DNA of 11,331 nucleotides from Pseudomonadota bacterium (GTDB lineage Bacteria; UBA10199; 2-02-FULL-44-16; JAAZCA01): NCBI GenBank assembly GCA_043798915.1, contig JAZDOG010000048.1, positions 1 to 11,331 of the forward strand, read 5' to 3'. Shown piece by piece: positions 1 to 6,793 of this stretch (position 1 is its first letter; each line of letters starts with the position of its first letter). The notes under the pieces were generated by a model. It saw only the letters and a program-made list of their open reading frames with translations, ran no database searches and was not told where the DNA came from. The position numbers and the translations under genes were made by a program.

Positions 1-1
1 T

Positions 2-20
2 GGACAGTCTTTGTGTAAGG
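2..20 (+). repeat. Upstream end sequence of the transposase element (truncated by window edge)
   Basis: GGACAGTCTTTGTGTAAGG at 2-20 is identical (19/19) to 2958-2976; its first 7 bases GGACAGT are the reverse complement of 997-1003. Confidence 0.85.
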
Positions 21-28
21 GTGCCTGT

Positions 29-1018
29 ATGGCGAGACCGTTACGGGTTGAATATGCTGGCGCATGGTATCATGTAATGCACCGGGGTTTTGGGCGGCGG
101 AAGATATTTCTTGCTGATGCTGATCGGCAAAGGTTCTTTGATTTGCTGAGAGACATATCCGCGATGTGGGGTGTTGAAGTTCACGCCTATAGCCTGATGG
201 ATAATCACTACCACCTCCTGATCCACACGCCTTCTGGACACCTTGCCCGCGCGATGCGGCACGCCGACGGCGTGTATACACAATACTTCAATCGCAGAAA
301 CACTATGGTAGGACCTGTTTTTAGGGGCCGCTACAAATCCATAGTCATCGAGAAGGACAGTTATCTGCAGGAGCTCGTGCGTTACATCCATCTTAATCCA
401 GTGAGGGCCGGCGTGAGCAAGAAGCCGTCAGATCACCGGTGGACGAGCCACGCTGCATATTTCAATGCGCGCAAGAGGCCCCCATGGCTTGTTGTTGACG
501 AGGTGCTGGCGATGTTTGGAAATAAGCATGGGAAGGCATTGCGGGAGTTGGACAGATTTGTGAGGGCCGGCGTTCCGGAATACCTTGAGAAACAGCTAAA
601 CGGAGCGCATCTGCCCAGCATACTAGGCACAGAAGGGTTCAAAGATTGGATCAAAGATAATTTTATCAGACCGCTTAAGTCCAAAAAAGAAATACCGGCG
701 GCAAGGCGCGCCACCAGGAGGCGCGTTACATTGAGGTCGGTGAAGAACCTCATGCGGGATATTTATGGCCTTGATAAAATAGCTGGGCATAGTGGAAATA
801 AGCCGTCCTTGAATGAATCAAGGAGCGTGACGATTTACCTGCTCCGAAGAGCCTCCGGCATGAGTCATCTGGAGATCGCCGGACTGATGGGCGACATCAC
901 CGTCGATGCTGTTTCAAAAAGCCTTCAGAGATTTGAGCGCAGGATATTGAATGATGACTGTTTGCGAGAAAAGACTGATACGTTTATTGAGCACCTACTG
1001 TCCGGTGTCCAGACTTGA
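29..1018 (+). CDS. REP-associated tyrosine transposase (RAYT-like, HUH/Y1_Tnp superfamily) with C-terminal DnaA_C-like HTH, 329 aa
   Basis: Family-typical N-terminus MARPLRVEYAGAWYHVMHRG; HUH motif AYSLMDNHYHLL; YFNRR..GPVFRGRYKS; catalytic Tyr region RYIHLNPVRAG; C-terminal HTH-like RSVTIYLLRRASGMSHLEIAGLMG. ATG at 29 preferred over TTG at 11. Confidence 0.92.
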   Translation: MARPLRVEYAGAWYHVMHRGFGRRKIFLADADRQRFFDLLRDISAMWGVEVHAYSLMDNHYHLLIHTPSGHLARAMRHADGVYTQYFNRRNTMVGPVFRGRYKSIVIEKDSYLQELVRYIHLNPVRAGVSKKPSDHRWTSHAAYFNARKRPPWLVVDEVLAMFGNKHGKALRELDRFVRAGVPEYLEKQLNGAHLPSILGTEGFKDWIKDNFIRPLKSKKEIPAARRATRRRVTLRSVKNLMRDIYGLDKIAGHSGNKPSLNESRSVTIYLLRRASGMSHLEIAGLMGDITVDAVSKSLQRFERRILNDDCLREKTDTFIEHLLSGVQT

Positions 1019-1026
1019 CCCCTTTA
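997..1026 (-). repeat. Downstream (inverted) end sequence of the transposase element, overlapping the last codons and the stop
   Basis: ACTGTCCGGTGTCCAGAC-TTGAC-CCCTTTA. 997-1014 is the exact reverse complement of 2947-2964 (18/18) and 1019-1026 of 2940-2947. The AGACyTGACCCC motif is commonly seen at the ends of this transposase class. Confidence 0.88.
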
Positions 1027-1090
1027 CTTTATGTGTGCATCATCAGACGGAGCGGATTTTGAAGATCGTTGCTGGATGAGCAGTTTCTAT

Positions 1091-1114
1091 GGGGAGCGGC
1101 CTCCGCTGACCCCT
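1091..1114. repeat. Degenerate REP-like hairpin containing a second TGACCCCT motif
   Basis: GGGG-AGCGG-cct-CCGCT-ga-CCCC; TGACCCCT at 1107-1114 repeats 1016-1023. Confidence 0.5.
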
Positions 1115-1134
1115 ATTCCAGCACCAGCATATGA

Positions 1135-1233
1135 ATGTCGCTCGTTGGCGAGAAGTTCGTGCGCACGGCCTCGAAGGTGGTCAGCCCGGTCTTCTTCATC
1201 GCCTTCGTGCGCGCCGTGGTGGCTGCGTCCATG
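1135..1233 (+). pseudogene. Possible fragment of a host-like membrane-protein gene
   Basis: MSLVGEKFVRTASKVVSPVFFIAFVRAVVAASM; 29 of the 31 codons in 1138-1230 end in G/C, followed by an abrupt switch to AT-rich non-coding-like DNA. Confidence 0.4.
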
Positions 1234-1315
1234 CAGAAAAAGGATACTACACATCATAACTTATTGAAATTTATAGATATATATGGTTTTTGGGGGGATA
1301 AACTACCACAGGACA

Positions 1316-1387
1316 TGATATATCTTTACATCAATAAAAGTTTGATATATATTTATATCAGATAAATCATGCTATCTTTTTATATCA
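1316..1387. promoter_or_regulatory. Three 18-bp palindromic operators (consensus TGATATA-N4-TATATCA) at 27-bp period
   Basis: 1316-1333 TGATATA-TCTT-TACATCA; 1343-1360 TGATATA-TATT-TATATCA (perfect); 1370-1387 TGCTATC-TTTT-TATATCA; 9-bp spacers. Confidence 0.85.
1325..1353 (+). promoter_or_regulatory. sigma70-type promoter of the kinase operon
   Basis: -35 TTTACA (1325-1330), 17-bp spacer, -10 TATATT (1348-1353); each is 5/6 consensus. Confidence 0.75.
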
Positions 1388-1388
1388 T

Positions 1389-2318
1389 ATGAACTATTGC
1401 CTCCGATGCAACAAGCAGTTGGATGAAGCTTCTCACTATGGCCAACACCTGAAGTGTTTTGAAGAAATTTTTCGGGTTGAAGGCAGGGTTAAATTTCATT
1501 CGCTCGTTCGTAAATCATCGACAAGCGATGCCGGGAAAGAATATCCGCACGAAAGCCCGCACCTGACATCCTATTTCGGCGGAAACTACCGAAAGTATGA
1601 GGGGATACTCGGCGATGCGCGCTACATATTAAAACTCTCGAAAGAGGAATACCCGGAGCTGGCTCCTGTAGAGTTCGTCTGTAATAAGATCGCTTATCAC
1701 TGCGGTCTGGCAATTCCGACACCCTTCACGCTGATCAATCTTGAAGAAGGAGAACTTGCCTTCGTCTCCCGGAATTTTATGGACCGTCAGCCGAAACATG
1801 CCACGATCAATCATCTATACCACTATCTCAAGCCGGGCCCCGAACACTACACAGTGGAAGAGCTCAACCGGGCCATCTATCGGGAGACCAGCTCCGCAGC
1901 TGACGTGGAGATGTTCATCAGGATACTCCTCGTTGATGCACTCGTGGGAAACCACGACCGGCATGGCAAGAACCTCGCCTTGATCGTGACGGCAAAAGGA
2001 AAGCGGCTGACTCCCATTTACGACAACCCCTCCTACCTTGGCCTTGAATCCGGCGCAATGTTGAAGGCCGACTTTGCCCCAAAGGGAAAGATTTGGACAA
2101 AGGCTTCAAAAGAACCTGAGATGACCGAGTATCTTGCGGAGATCGAGAGGCTGGGTGTCTTTCACATCGCGAAAGAATTTTATAAAAAAATTTCACGCGA
2201 CACTATTCACGCATACATCGATGATTCACATTCTCTCTCCGACCGCATGAAAACCGCGTTGCTGAAGCTGATCCTGCGACGCTACGGGGACCTGGAAAAC
2301 TATGTCAACGCCAGATAA
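1389..2318 (+). CDS. HipA/HipT-like Ser/Thr kinase toxin (lacks HipA N-subdomain-1), 309 aa
   Basis: Gly-rich loop TSYFGGNYRK; YILK..YPELAPVEFVCNKIA; FVSRNFMDR; catalytic DALVGNHDRHGKNL (DxHxKN); Mg-binding LTPIYD; N-terminal CxxC..HxxC. Confidence 0.92.
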   Translation: MNYCLRCNKQLDEASHYGQHLKCFEEIFRVEGRVKFHSLVRKSSTSDAGKEYPHESPHLTSYFGGNYRKYEGILGDARYILKLSKEEYPELAPVEFVCNKIAYHCGLAIPTPFTLINLEEGELAFVSRNFMDRQPKHATINHLYHYLKPGPEHYTVEELNRAIYRETSSAADVEMFIRILLVDALVGNHDRHGKNLALIVTAKGKRLTPIYDNPSYLGLESGAMLKADFAPKGKIWTKASKEPEMTEYLAEIERLGVFHIAKEFYKKISRDTIHAYIDDSHSLSDRMKTALLKLILRRYGDLENYVNAR

Positions 2319-2910
2319 AATTTTGGTCTTCAGCCAGACGGCGACAAAGCGCGTCTTTGTTGGAACACTCCGGCGAAGCGAAGGACAATTCCGTTTTGAG
2401 TATGACAAGGCATACCGCCGCATGAAAGGCGCGGTCGCGTTGGGGCCAGAATTCGAGTTATGGAAGGAGTCGTTTGAAAGCAAACCCCTCTTTCCATCCA
2501 TTGCGGACCGGATCCCCTCCCCCCAGAACCCGGCGTACGCGGATTATTGCAGACAGTGGGGAATACCGGAGGGCGAGAAAGATGTCTTTGTGCTCTTGAC
2601 GACGATAGGGCGGCGCGGTCCTTCAACCTTTATCTTTGAACCGGCACCTCCGGAATATACGACGGAGATGCTGAAGGCTTTCAGGGAAAAACTTGGGCTT
2701 TCACAACGGGAGTTCGCAACCCTTTTCGGAATCATGCAGTCAACATTGGTGAAGCTTGAGGCGGGGAAACAGGGCAATCCGATCACCATGAGATTTATTC
2801 AGCTATGCGATGACACGCCTGTTGCGCTAAAATGGCTCATCGAACAAAGAGGCAAATTTCTTCATGATGACAAGGGGGAAGCGATCAGGAAATTGATAGG
2901 CGCCACATGA
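2302..2910 (+). CDS. Putative antitoxin: HipS-like (HipA N-terminal/Couple_hipA) domain fused to C-terminal XRE-family HTH, 202 aa
   Basis: N-half VGTLRRSEGQFRFEYDKAY..SKPLFPSIADRIP is Couple_hipA-like; C-half LKAFREKLGLSQREFATLFGIMQSTLVKLEAGK is an XRE HTH; overlaps the kinase gene by 17 bp. Confidence 0.85.
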   Translation: MSTPDKILVFSQTATKRVFVGTLRRSEGQFRFEYDKAYRRMKGAVALGPEFELWKESFESKPLFPSIADRIPSPQNPAYADYCRQWGIPEGEKDVFVLLTTIGRRGPSTFIFEPAPPEYTTEMLKAFREKLGLSQREFATLFGIMQSTLVKLEAGKQGNPITMRFIQLCDDTPVALKWLIEQRGKFLHDDKGEAIRKLIGAT

Positions 2911-2939
2911 TTCGATTTGCTCCGGGACCGGCGGTTCGT

Positions 2940-2976
2940 TAAAGGGGTCTGGACACCGGACAGTCTTTGTGTAAGG
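2940..2976 (+). repeat. Isolated copy of the transposase upstream end
   Basis: TAAAGGGGTCTGGACACCGGACAGTCTTTGTGTAAGG: inverted relative to 997-1026 (one 5-bp indel) and direct to 2-20. Confidence 0.88.
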
Positions 2977-3050
2977 ACCTGCGACACAACCGGCGGACTA
3001 CAATTATTGAAGCCGGCCCAGCAACAGGAAACGCCACGGCTGGACACGCG

Positions 3051-4658
3051 CTAATGTCTGAAATGCCTCACGCCGGTGAAGATCATCGCCATGCCATGTT
3101 TGTCGGCTACTTCGATGACCTCCTCGTCGCGCACCGAGCCGCCTGGCTGAACGATCGCGGTGGCGCCTGCCCTTGCAGCCTCATCGATTCCGTCGCGGAA
3201 GGGGAAAAAAGCGTCGGAGGCAACGGCGATCGCGCGCCGCTCGGCTTTCGACTCGTGACTCCTCGGCCCCAGCATAGACTGCATCTTCATCGCGGCGATC
3301 TTCGAAGAATCGACGCGGCTCGTCTGCCCTGCGCCGATCCCGAGCGTCCGGTCAGCGGCGGCGTAGACGATGGCATTCGATTTGACGTGTTTGCAGATGC
3401 GCCAGGCAAACTCGAGGCCATCCCACTCCGTTTCGGAAGGCGCGCGCCTCGTGACGACTTTGGATTTGCGTATGTCCTCGCAGCTTGAATCGCGCTCCTG
3501 GAGGAGGAGCCCACCCACGACCTTCCTGAAAGAAAACCCATGCACCTTGAATGGGCGATCAAGTCCCGGCACCTCGAGAAGCCTCAAGTTCTTCTTCTGT
3601 GAGAGGACTGCGAGCGCGCCGGCATCGAAACCCGGAGCGGCGATCACCTCATAGAAAGTCTCCACAATCGCGGAGGCCGCTTTCCTGTCTACCGTGCGAT
3701 CGAGCGCTATGATCCCGCCGAACGCGGAGGTCGGATCGCACGCGAACGCCTTTGCGTACGCGCCCGCAAGCGATTTGTCCGACACCGCCGCCCCGCAAGG
3801 ATTGGCATGCTTGACGATCACCGCCGCGAAGGGTTTGTCGGAAAGATCCCTCACCGCCGCGATCGCAGCGTCGGCATCCATGATGTTGTTGTAGGAGAGT
3901 TCCTTGCCCTGGATCTGGCGGGCGCTGGCGAGGCTGGGCTCCAAAGTGGCGGCAGCGTCTCGATAGAATGCCGCCCTCTGATGCGGGTTCTCGCCATAAC
4001 GAAGCTGCTGCGCCTGTTCGAAAGTGAACCCGGCGCTCGTCGGCCAATCGAGCGGCTTTTTCGAATCGTCGAACCTGGTCAGATAGTTGATGATAGCGCA
4101 ATCATAGCGGGCCGTGGCCGCGAACGCTTTTTTTGCGAGCCTGAATTTAGTCTCCGCCGTCAGCGCGCCGCCGTTCGCCTCCATCTCCTCCATGATCGAC
4201 CGATAATCCGCCGGGTCCGTTACCGCAGCGACGTCCTCGTGGTTTTTCGCCGCCGACCGGAGCATCGAAGGGCCGCCGATGTCGATGTTCTCCACGGCAT
4301 CCTCAAACGGACAATCCGGCCGCGCGGCAGTAGCCTCGAAGGGATAGAGGTTGACGACGACCATATCGATCGAACCGATATCGTTCGCCCCCAGCTCCGC
4401 CCTGTGTTTGGAATCGCTGCGGCGCCCCAGGATGCCGCCGTGTATCTTCGGATGGAGCGTCTTCACGCGCCCGCCAAGTATCTCTGGCGAACCGGTGTAG
4501 TCGGCAACCTCGACAACCGGGATGCCGGCTTTCTTGAGCTCGGCCGCCGTGCCTCCGGTGGAGAGGATATCCACGCCTCGCGCAGAGAGCGCCTTCGCCA
4601 ACTCCGCCACTCCCGTCTTGTCGGAGACGCTGATCAGGGCCCTGGTAATTTTTCCCAT
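3051..4658 (-). CDS. purH: Bifunctional AICAR transformylase / IMP cyclohydrolase
   Basis: [94 protein letters not shown]-terminal RHFRH. Confidence 0.99.
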   Translation of the reverse strand: MGKITRALISVSDKTGVAELAKALSARGVDILSTGGTAAELKKAGIPVVEVADYTGSPEILGGRVKTLHPKIHGGILGRRSDSKHRAELGANDIGSIDMVVVNLYPFEATAARPDCPFEDAVENIDIGGPSMLRSAAKNHEDVAAVTDPADYRSIMEEMEANGGALTAETKFRLAKKAFAATARYDCAIINYLTRFDDSKKPLDWPTSAGFTFEQAQQLRYGENPHQRAAFYRDAAATLEPSLASARQIQGKELSYNNIMDADAAIAAVRDLSDKPFAAVIVKHANPCGAAVSDKSLAGAYAKAFACDPTSAFGGIIALDRTVDRKAASAIVETFYEVIAAPGFDAGALAVLSQKKNLRLLEVPGLDRPFKVHGFSFRKVVGGLLLQERDSSCEDIRKSKVVTRRAPSETEWDGLEFAWRICKHVKSNAIVYAAADRTLGIGAGQTSRVDSSKIAAMKMQSMLGPRSHESKAERRAIAVASDAFFPFRDGIDEAARAGATAIVQPGGSVRDEEVIEVADKHGMAMIFTGVRHFRH

Positions 4659-4667
4659 TTTTTTCTC

Positions 4668-6038
4668 TCACTTGCCGACTAAGCTTTTGCCGCCGATTCC
4701 TATCATGCTCTTGATGTCGTCGTCGACGAGACGGAAGCCTCCGCCGAAGAACGCTGAGCGCTGGCCCTGCCTCGAAATGAAGTCATCCGTGCCGCCGAGG
4801 ACGTAGAAATTGCGCGTCAGGTTCAAATTTCCCAGGAGCTTCAAGTGCGGGCGCTGATAGTAGCGCGTCGAGAAATCGAAGGCCGAGAACTGCAGGCCAA
4901 AAGGCCCCCTCTCATAGTCGAGCCCCAGGCCGCCCGTCGATTCGATCAGACCGCCGCGGAGGGTGAAGTCATAGAATTTTTTGGCGAGCTGGGCCGAAAG
5001 GAGAATTTTGTTCCGGTCGATCGTCGCGGTGTCCGTGGAGACCTGCGTCGTCGAGCTGCCGACAGTGACGTTGGTCGTCGAGAGCACGTGCGTCGGGTTC
5101 GGGTTGGGATCCGAGACGATGTCGAGCAGGAAGGCCTTGTCCGGGGCCGGCTTGAGGGCCAGCGACACATAGTTTTTGAAATCCTGGGTCTTCGTGAGGT
5201 ACTCCGTGTGGAAGCCTATCTCGGTCTCAAGCCGTTTGAAGCCGCCGAGGGTGTCGTTCAAGCCGTCCACGGCCTCGTTGAGCTTGTCCACCGTCTCCTC
5301 GTCGTTGACCAGCCTGCCCACCGTCCCCTTGCCCTCGTCGATCTTGCGCGAAATGGAGGCGATCCTGTCCATCGACTCTTCGATGTTGGCCTGCCCGCGC
5401 GCGACGATCTGTCGAAGCTGCTCGGTCATGGCGGCGAGGTTGTCCGTAATGCGGTTGATGTTGCCCTCGTTCCTGGCCGTGAGGTCGCGGATAGACTTTG
5501 CAAAATCTTCGAGATTCGCGACGATCTGTTTGACAGGCGCCTGATCGCCCTCGCCCACCGTATCGCGCAGAGACGTGGTTATGTGTTTTATGTCACCGGC
5601 GATGTCGTTGAACTGGCTCACGAGAGAATTTATGTCGCCGGTGCGCGCGCCATATTGGATGGTCTCGCCGGCCTGGAGCGTGGGCTGGTCAGGATTTCCG
5701 GGGACGATATCGATGTAGGTCTCTCCCAGGAAGCCGCGCGTGCGCAGGACCGCCTTGCTGTCAGCCGGAAGCTTCACCTCTTTGCTCAGCGCGACCGTCA
5801 CCAGCGCCTGGCGCGACTCCAGGAGATCGATATTCTTGATGACGCCCACCTGGACGCCGGCCAGTTCGACCGGGGCCTTGAGCTTCAAGCCTGTTGCGTT
5901 GTCGAAGGCGACCTTAAGGGTGTAGCCGCCGCTGTGGACGGTCGTCCTCTCGCTCACCCGCATGGTAGCCCAGGCGAGGATAGCGATCACCACCACCGCG
6001 AACACGCCGACCCTCACCTCGGTCGTGAATCTTTTCAC
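4668..6038 (-). CDS. mlaD: MCE-domain protein (long MlaD) with N-terminal TM anchor, helical stalk and beta-rich C-terminal domain
   Basis: EVRVGVFAVVVIAILAW TM segment; MCE motifs FDNATGLKLKAPVELAGVQVGVI and RGFLGETYIDIVPG; GKGTVGRLVNDE; directly downstream of mlaE/mlaF, 4-bp overlap with mlaF. Confidence 0.93.
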   Translation of the reverse strand: MKRFTTEVRVGVFAVVVIAILAWATMRVSERTTVHSGGYTLKVAFDNATGLKLKAPVELAGVQVGVIKNIDLLESRQALVTVALSKEVKLPADSKAVLRTRGFLGETYIDIVPGNPDQPTLQAGETIQYGARTGDINSLVSQFNDIAGDIKHITTSLRDTVGEGDQAPVKQIVANLEDFAKSIRDLTARNEGNINRITDNLAAMTEQLRQIVARGQANIEESMDRIASISRKIDEGKGTVGRLVNDEETVDKLNEAVDGLNDTLGGFKRLETEIGFHTEYLTKTQDFKNYVSLALKPAPDKAFLLDIVSDPNPNPTHVLSTTNVTVGSSTTQVSTDTATIDRNKILLSAQLAKKFYDFTLRGGLIESTGGLGLDYERGPFGLQFSAFDFSTRYYQRPHLKLLGNLNLTRNFYVLGGTDDFISRQGQRSAFFGGGFRLVDDDIKSMIGIGGKSLVGK

Positions 6039-6781
6039 TGATTCTCCCCCTTGAGCCCGCCGGCGCGCAGAAACTCGCGGACCACAGGATTTTCAGAACG
6101 GCCGAAGGCGTCGGGTCCGCCGCACTCCGCGATACGGCCGCCGTGTATCATCGCGATCTGGTCGGCCACGCGAAAGGCCGACTCGATGTCGTGGCTGATG
6201 ACCACGGACGTCACGCTTAAGCTTTGTTGCATGGACAAAATCAGGTTGTCAATAGCGGCGGCCATGATGGGGTCGAGCCCCGTGGTCGGCTCGTCGTAGA
6301 GTATGATCGAAGGCTCGAGGACAATCGCCCGCGCGAGCCCAACCCGCTTGCGCATGCCGCCGGAGAGCTCGGAGGGCATCTTGTTTTCGGAGCCGGAGAG
6401 CCCCACGAGCTTGAGCTTCGCCTCCACTATCCCCTTCACATCCGGCCGCTTCTTTCCACGCGAACTCTCGATCAGCGGAAAGGCGACGTTGTCGAAGACG
6501 TTCAGGGAATCGAAGAGCGCTGCGCTCTGGAAGAGCATCCCGAAGCGCCGCCTGAAATCGTTGAGCTTCTGGCTATCCAGCTTCCCGATCTCCACGCCAT
6601 CCACCGCGACGCTGCCGCGGTCTGGCTTCAAGAGCCCGATGAGGTGGCGCAAAAGGACCGTCTTGCCGGAGCCCGAAGGGCCTATGATGACGGTGACCTT
6701 GCCGGTCGGAATCTTGAGATTCACGCCGCAGAGCACCGCCTGGCCGTTGAATTTCTTGTGGAGGTCAACAATCTCGATCAT
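6035..6781 (-). CDS. mlaF: ABC transporter ATP-binding subunit, MlaF/Mkl family
   Basis: Walker A GPSGSGKT; GMLFQSAALFDSLNVFDNVAFPL; signature LSGGMRKRVGLARA; Walker B ILYDEPTTGLDP; SHD H-loop. Confidence 0.96.
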   Translation of the reverse strand: MIEIVDLHKKFNGQAVLCGVNLKIPTGKVTVIIGPSGSGKTVLLRHLIGLLKPDRGSVAVDGVEIGKLDSQKLNDFRRRFGMLFQSAALFDSLNVFDNVAFPLIESSRGKKRPDVKGIVEAKLKLVGLSGSENKMPSELSGGMRKRVGLARAIVLEPSIILYDEPTTGLDPIMAAAIDNLILSMQQSLSVTSVVISHDIESAFRVADQIAMIHGGRIAECGGPDAFGRSENPVVREFLRAGGLKGENQ

Positions 6782-6793
6782 TCCTGCTCCTGG

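Noticed and set aside
11..28. TTG start at 11 for the transposase
   Set aside because: It lies within the end repeat; MARPLR at 29 is the family-typical N-terminus.
1031..1365. ORFs 1031-1267 and the full-length 1135-1365
   Set aside because: No recognisable motifs; the latter runs through the AT-rich promoter/operator array. Only 1135-1233 looks coding-derived.
1316..1387. Periodic repeats as a mini CRISPR array
   Set aside because: 18-bp units with 9-bp spacers are far too short, there are no cas genes, and the position over a promoter fits operators.
2927..2996. 8-bp direct repeat ACCGGCGG (2927-2934 and 2989-2996) around the isolated end copy, as a possible target-site duplication
   Set aside because: Short and GC-rich, not flush with the repeat boundaries, and HUH/Y1 transposases do not normally generate target duplications. 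Cannot be distinguished from chance without an empty-site allele.
2862..3047. Minus-strand 61-aa ORF containing LSGVQT, identical to the transposase C-terminus
   Set aside because: The match is simply the DNA end repeat read in the same frame; there is no other transposase similarity.
3009..3050. Possible terminator between the antitoxin gene and purH
   Set aside because: Only a weak CCAGC/GCTGG stem with a long loop and no clear U-tract.
3230..3290. Slightly extended linker in PurH ([19 protein letters not shown]) before ASDAFFPF
   Set aside because: Frame is intact, the region is variable in the family, and it is too short for an intein or inserted domain.
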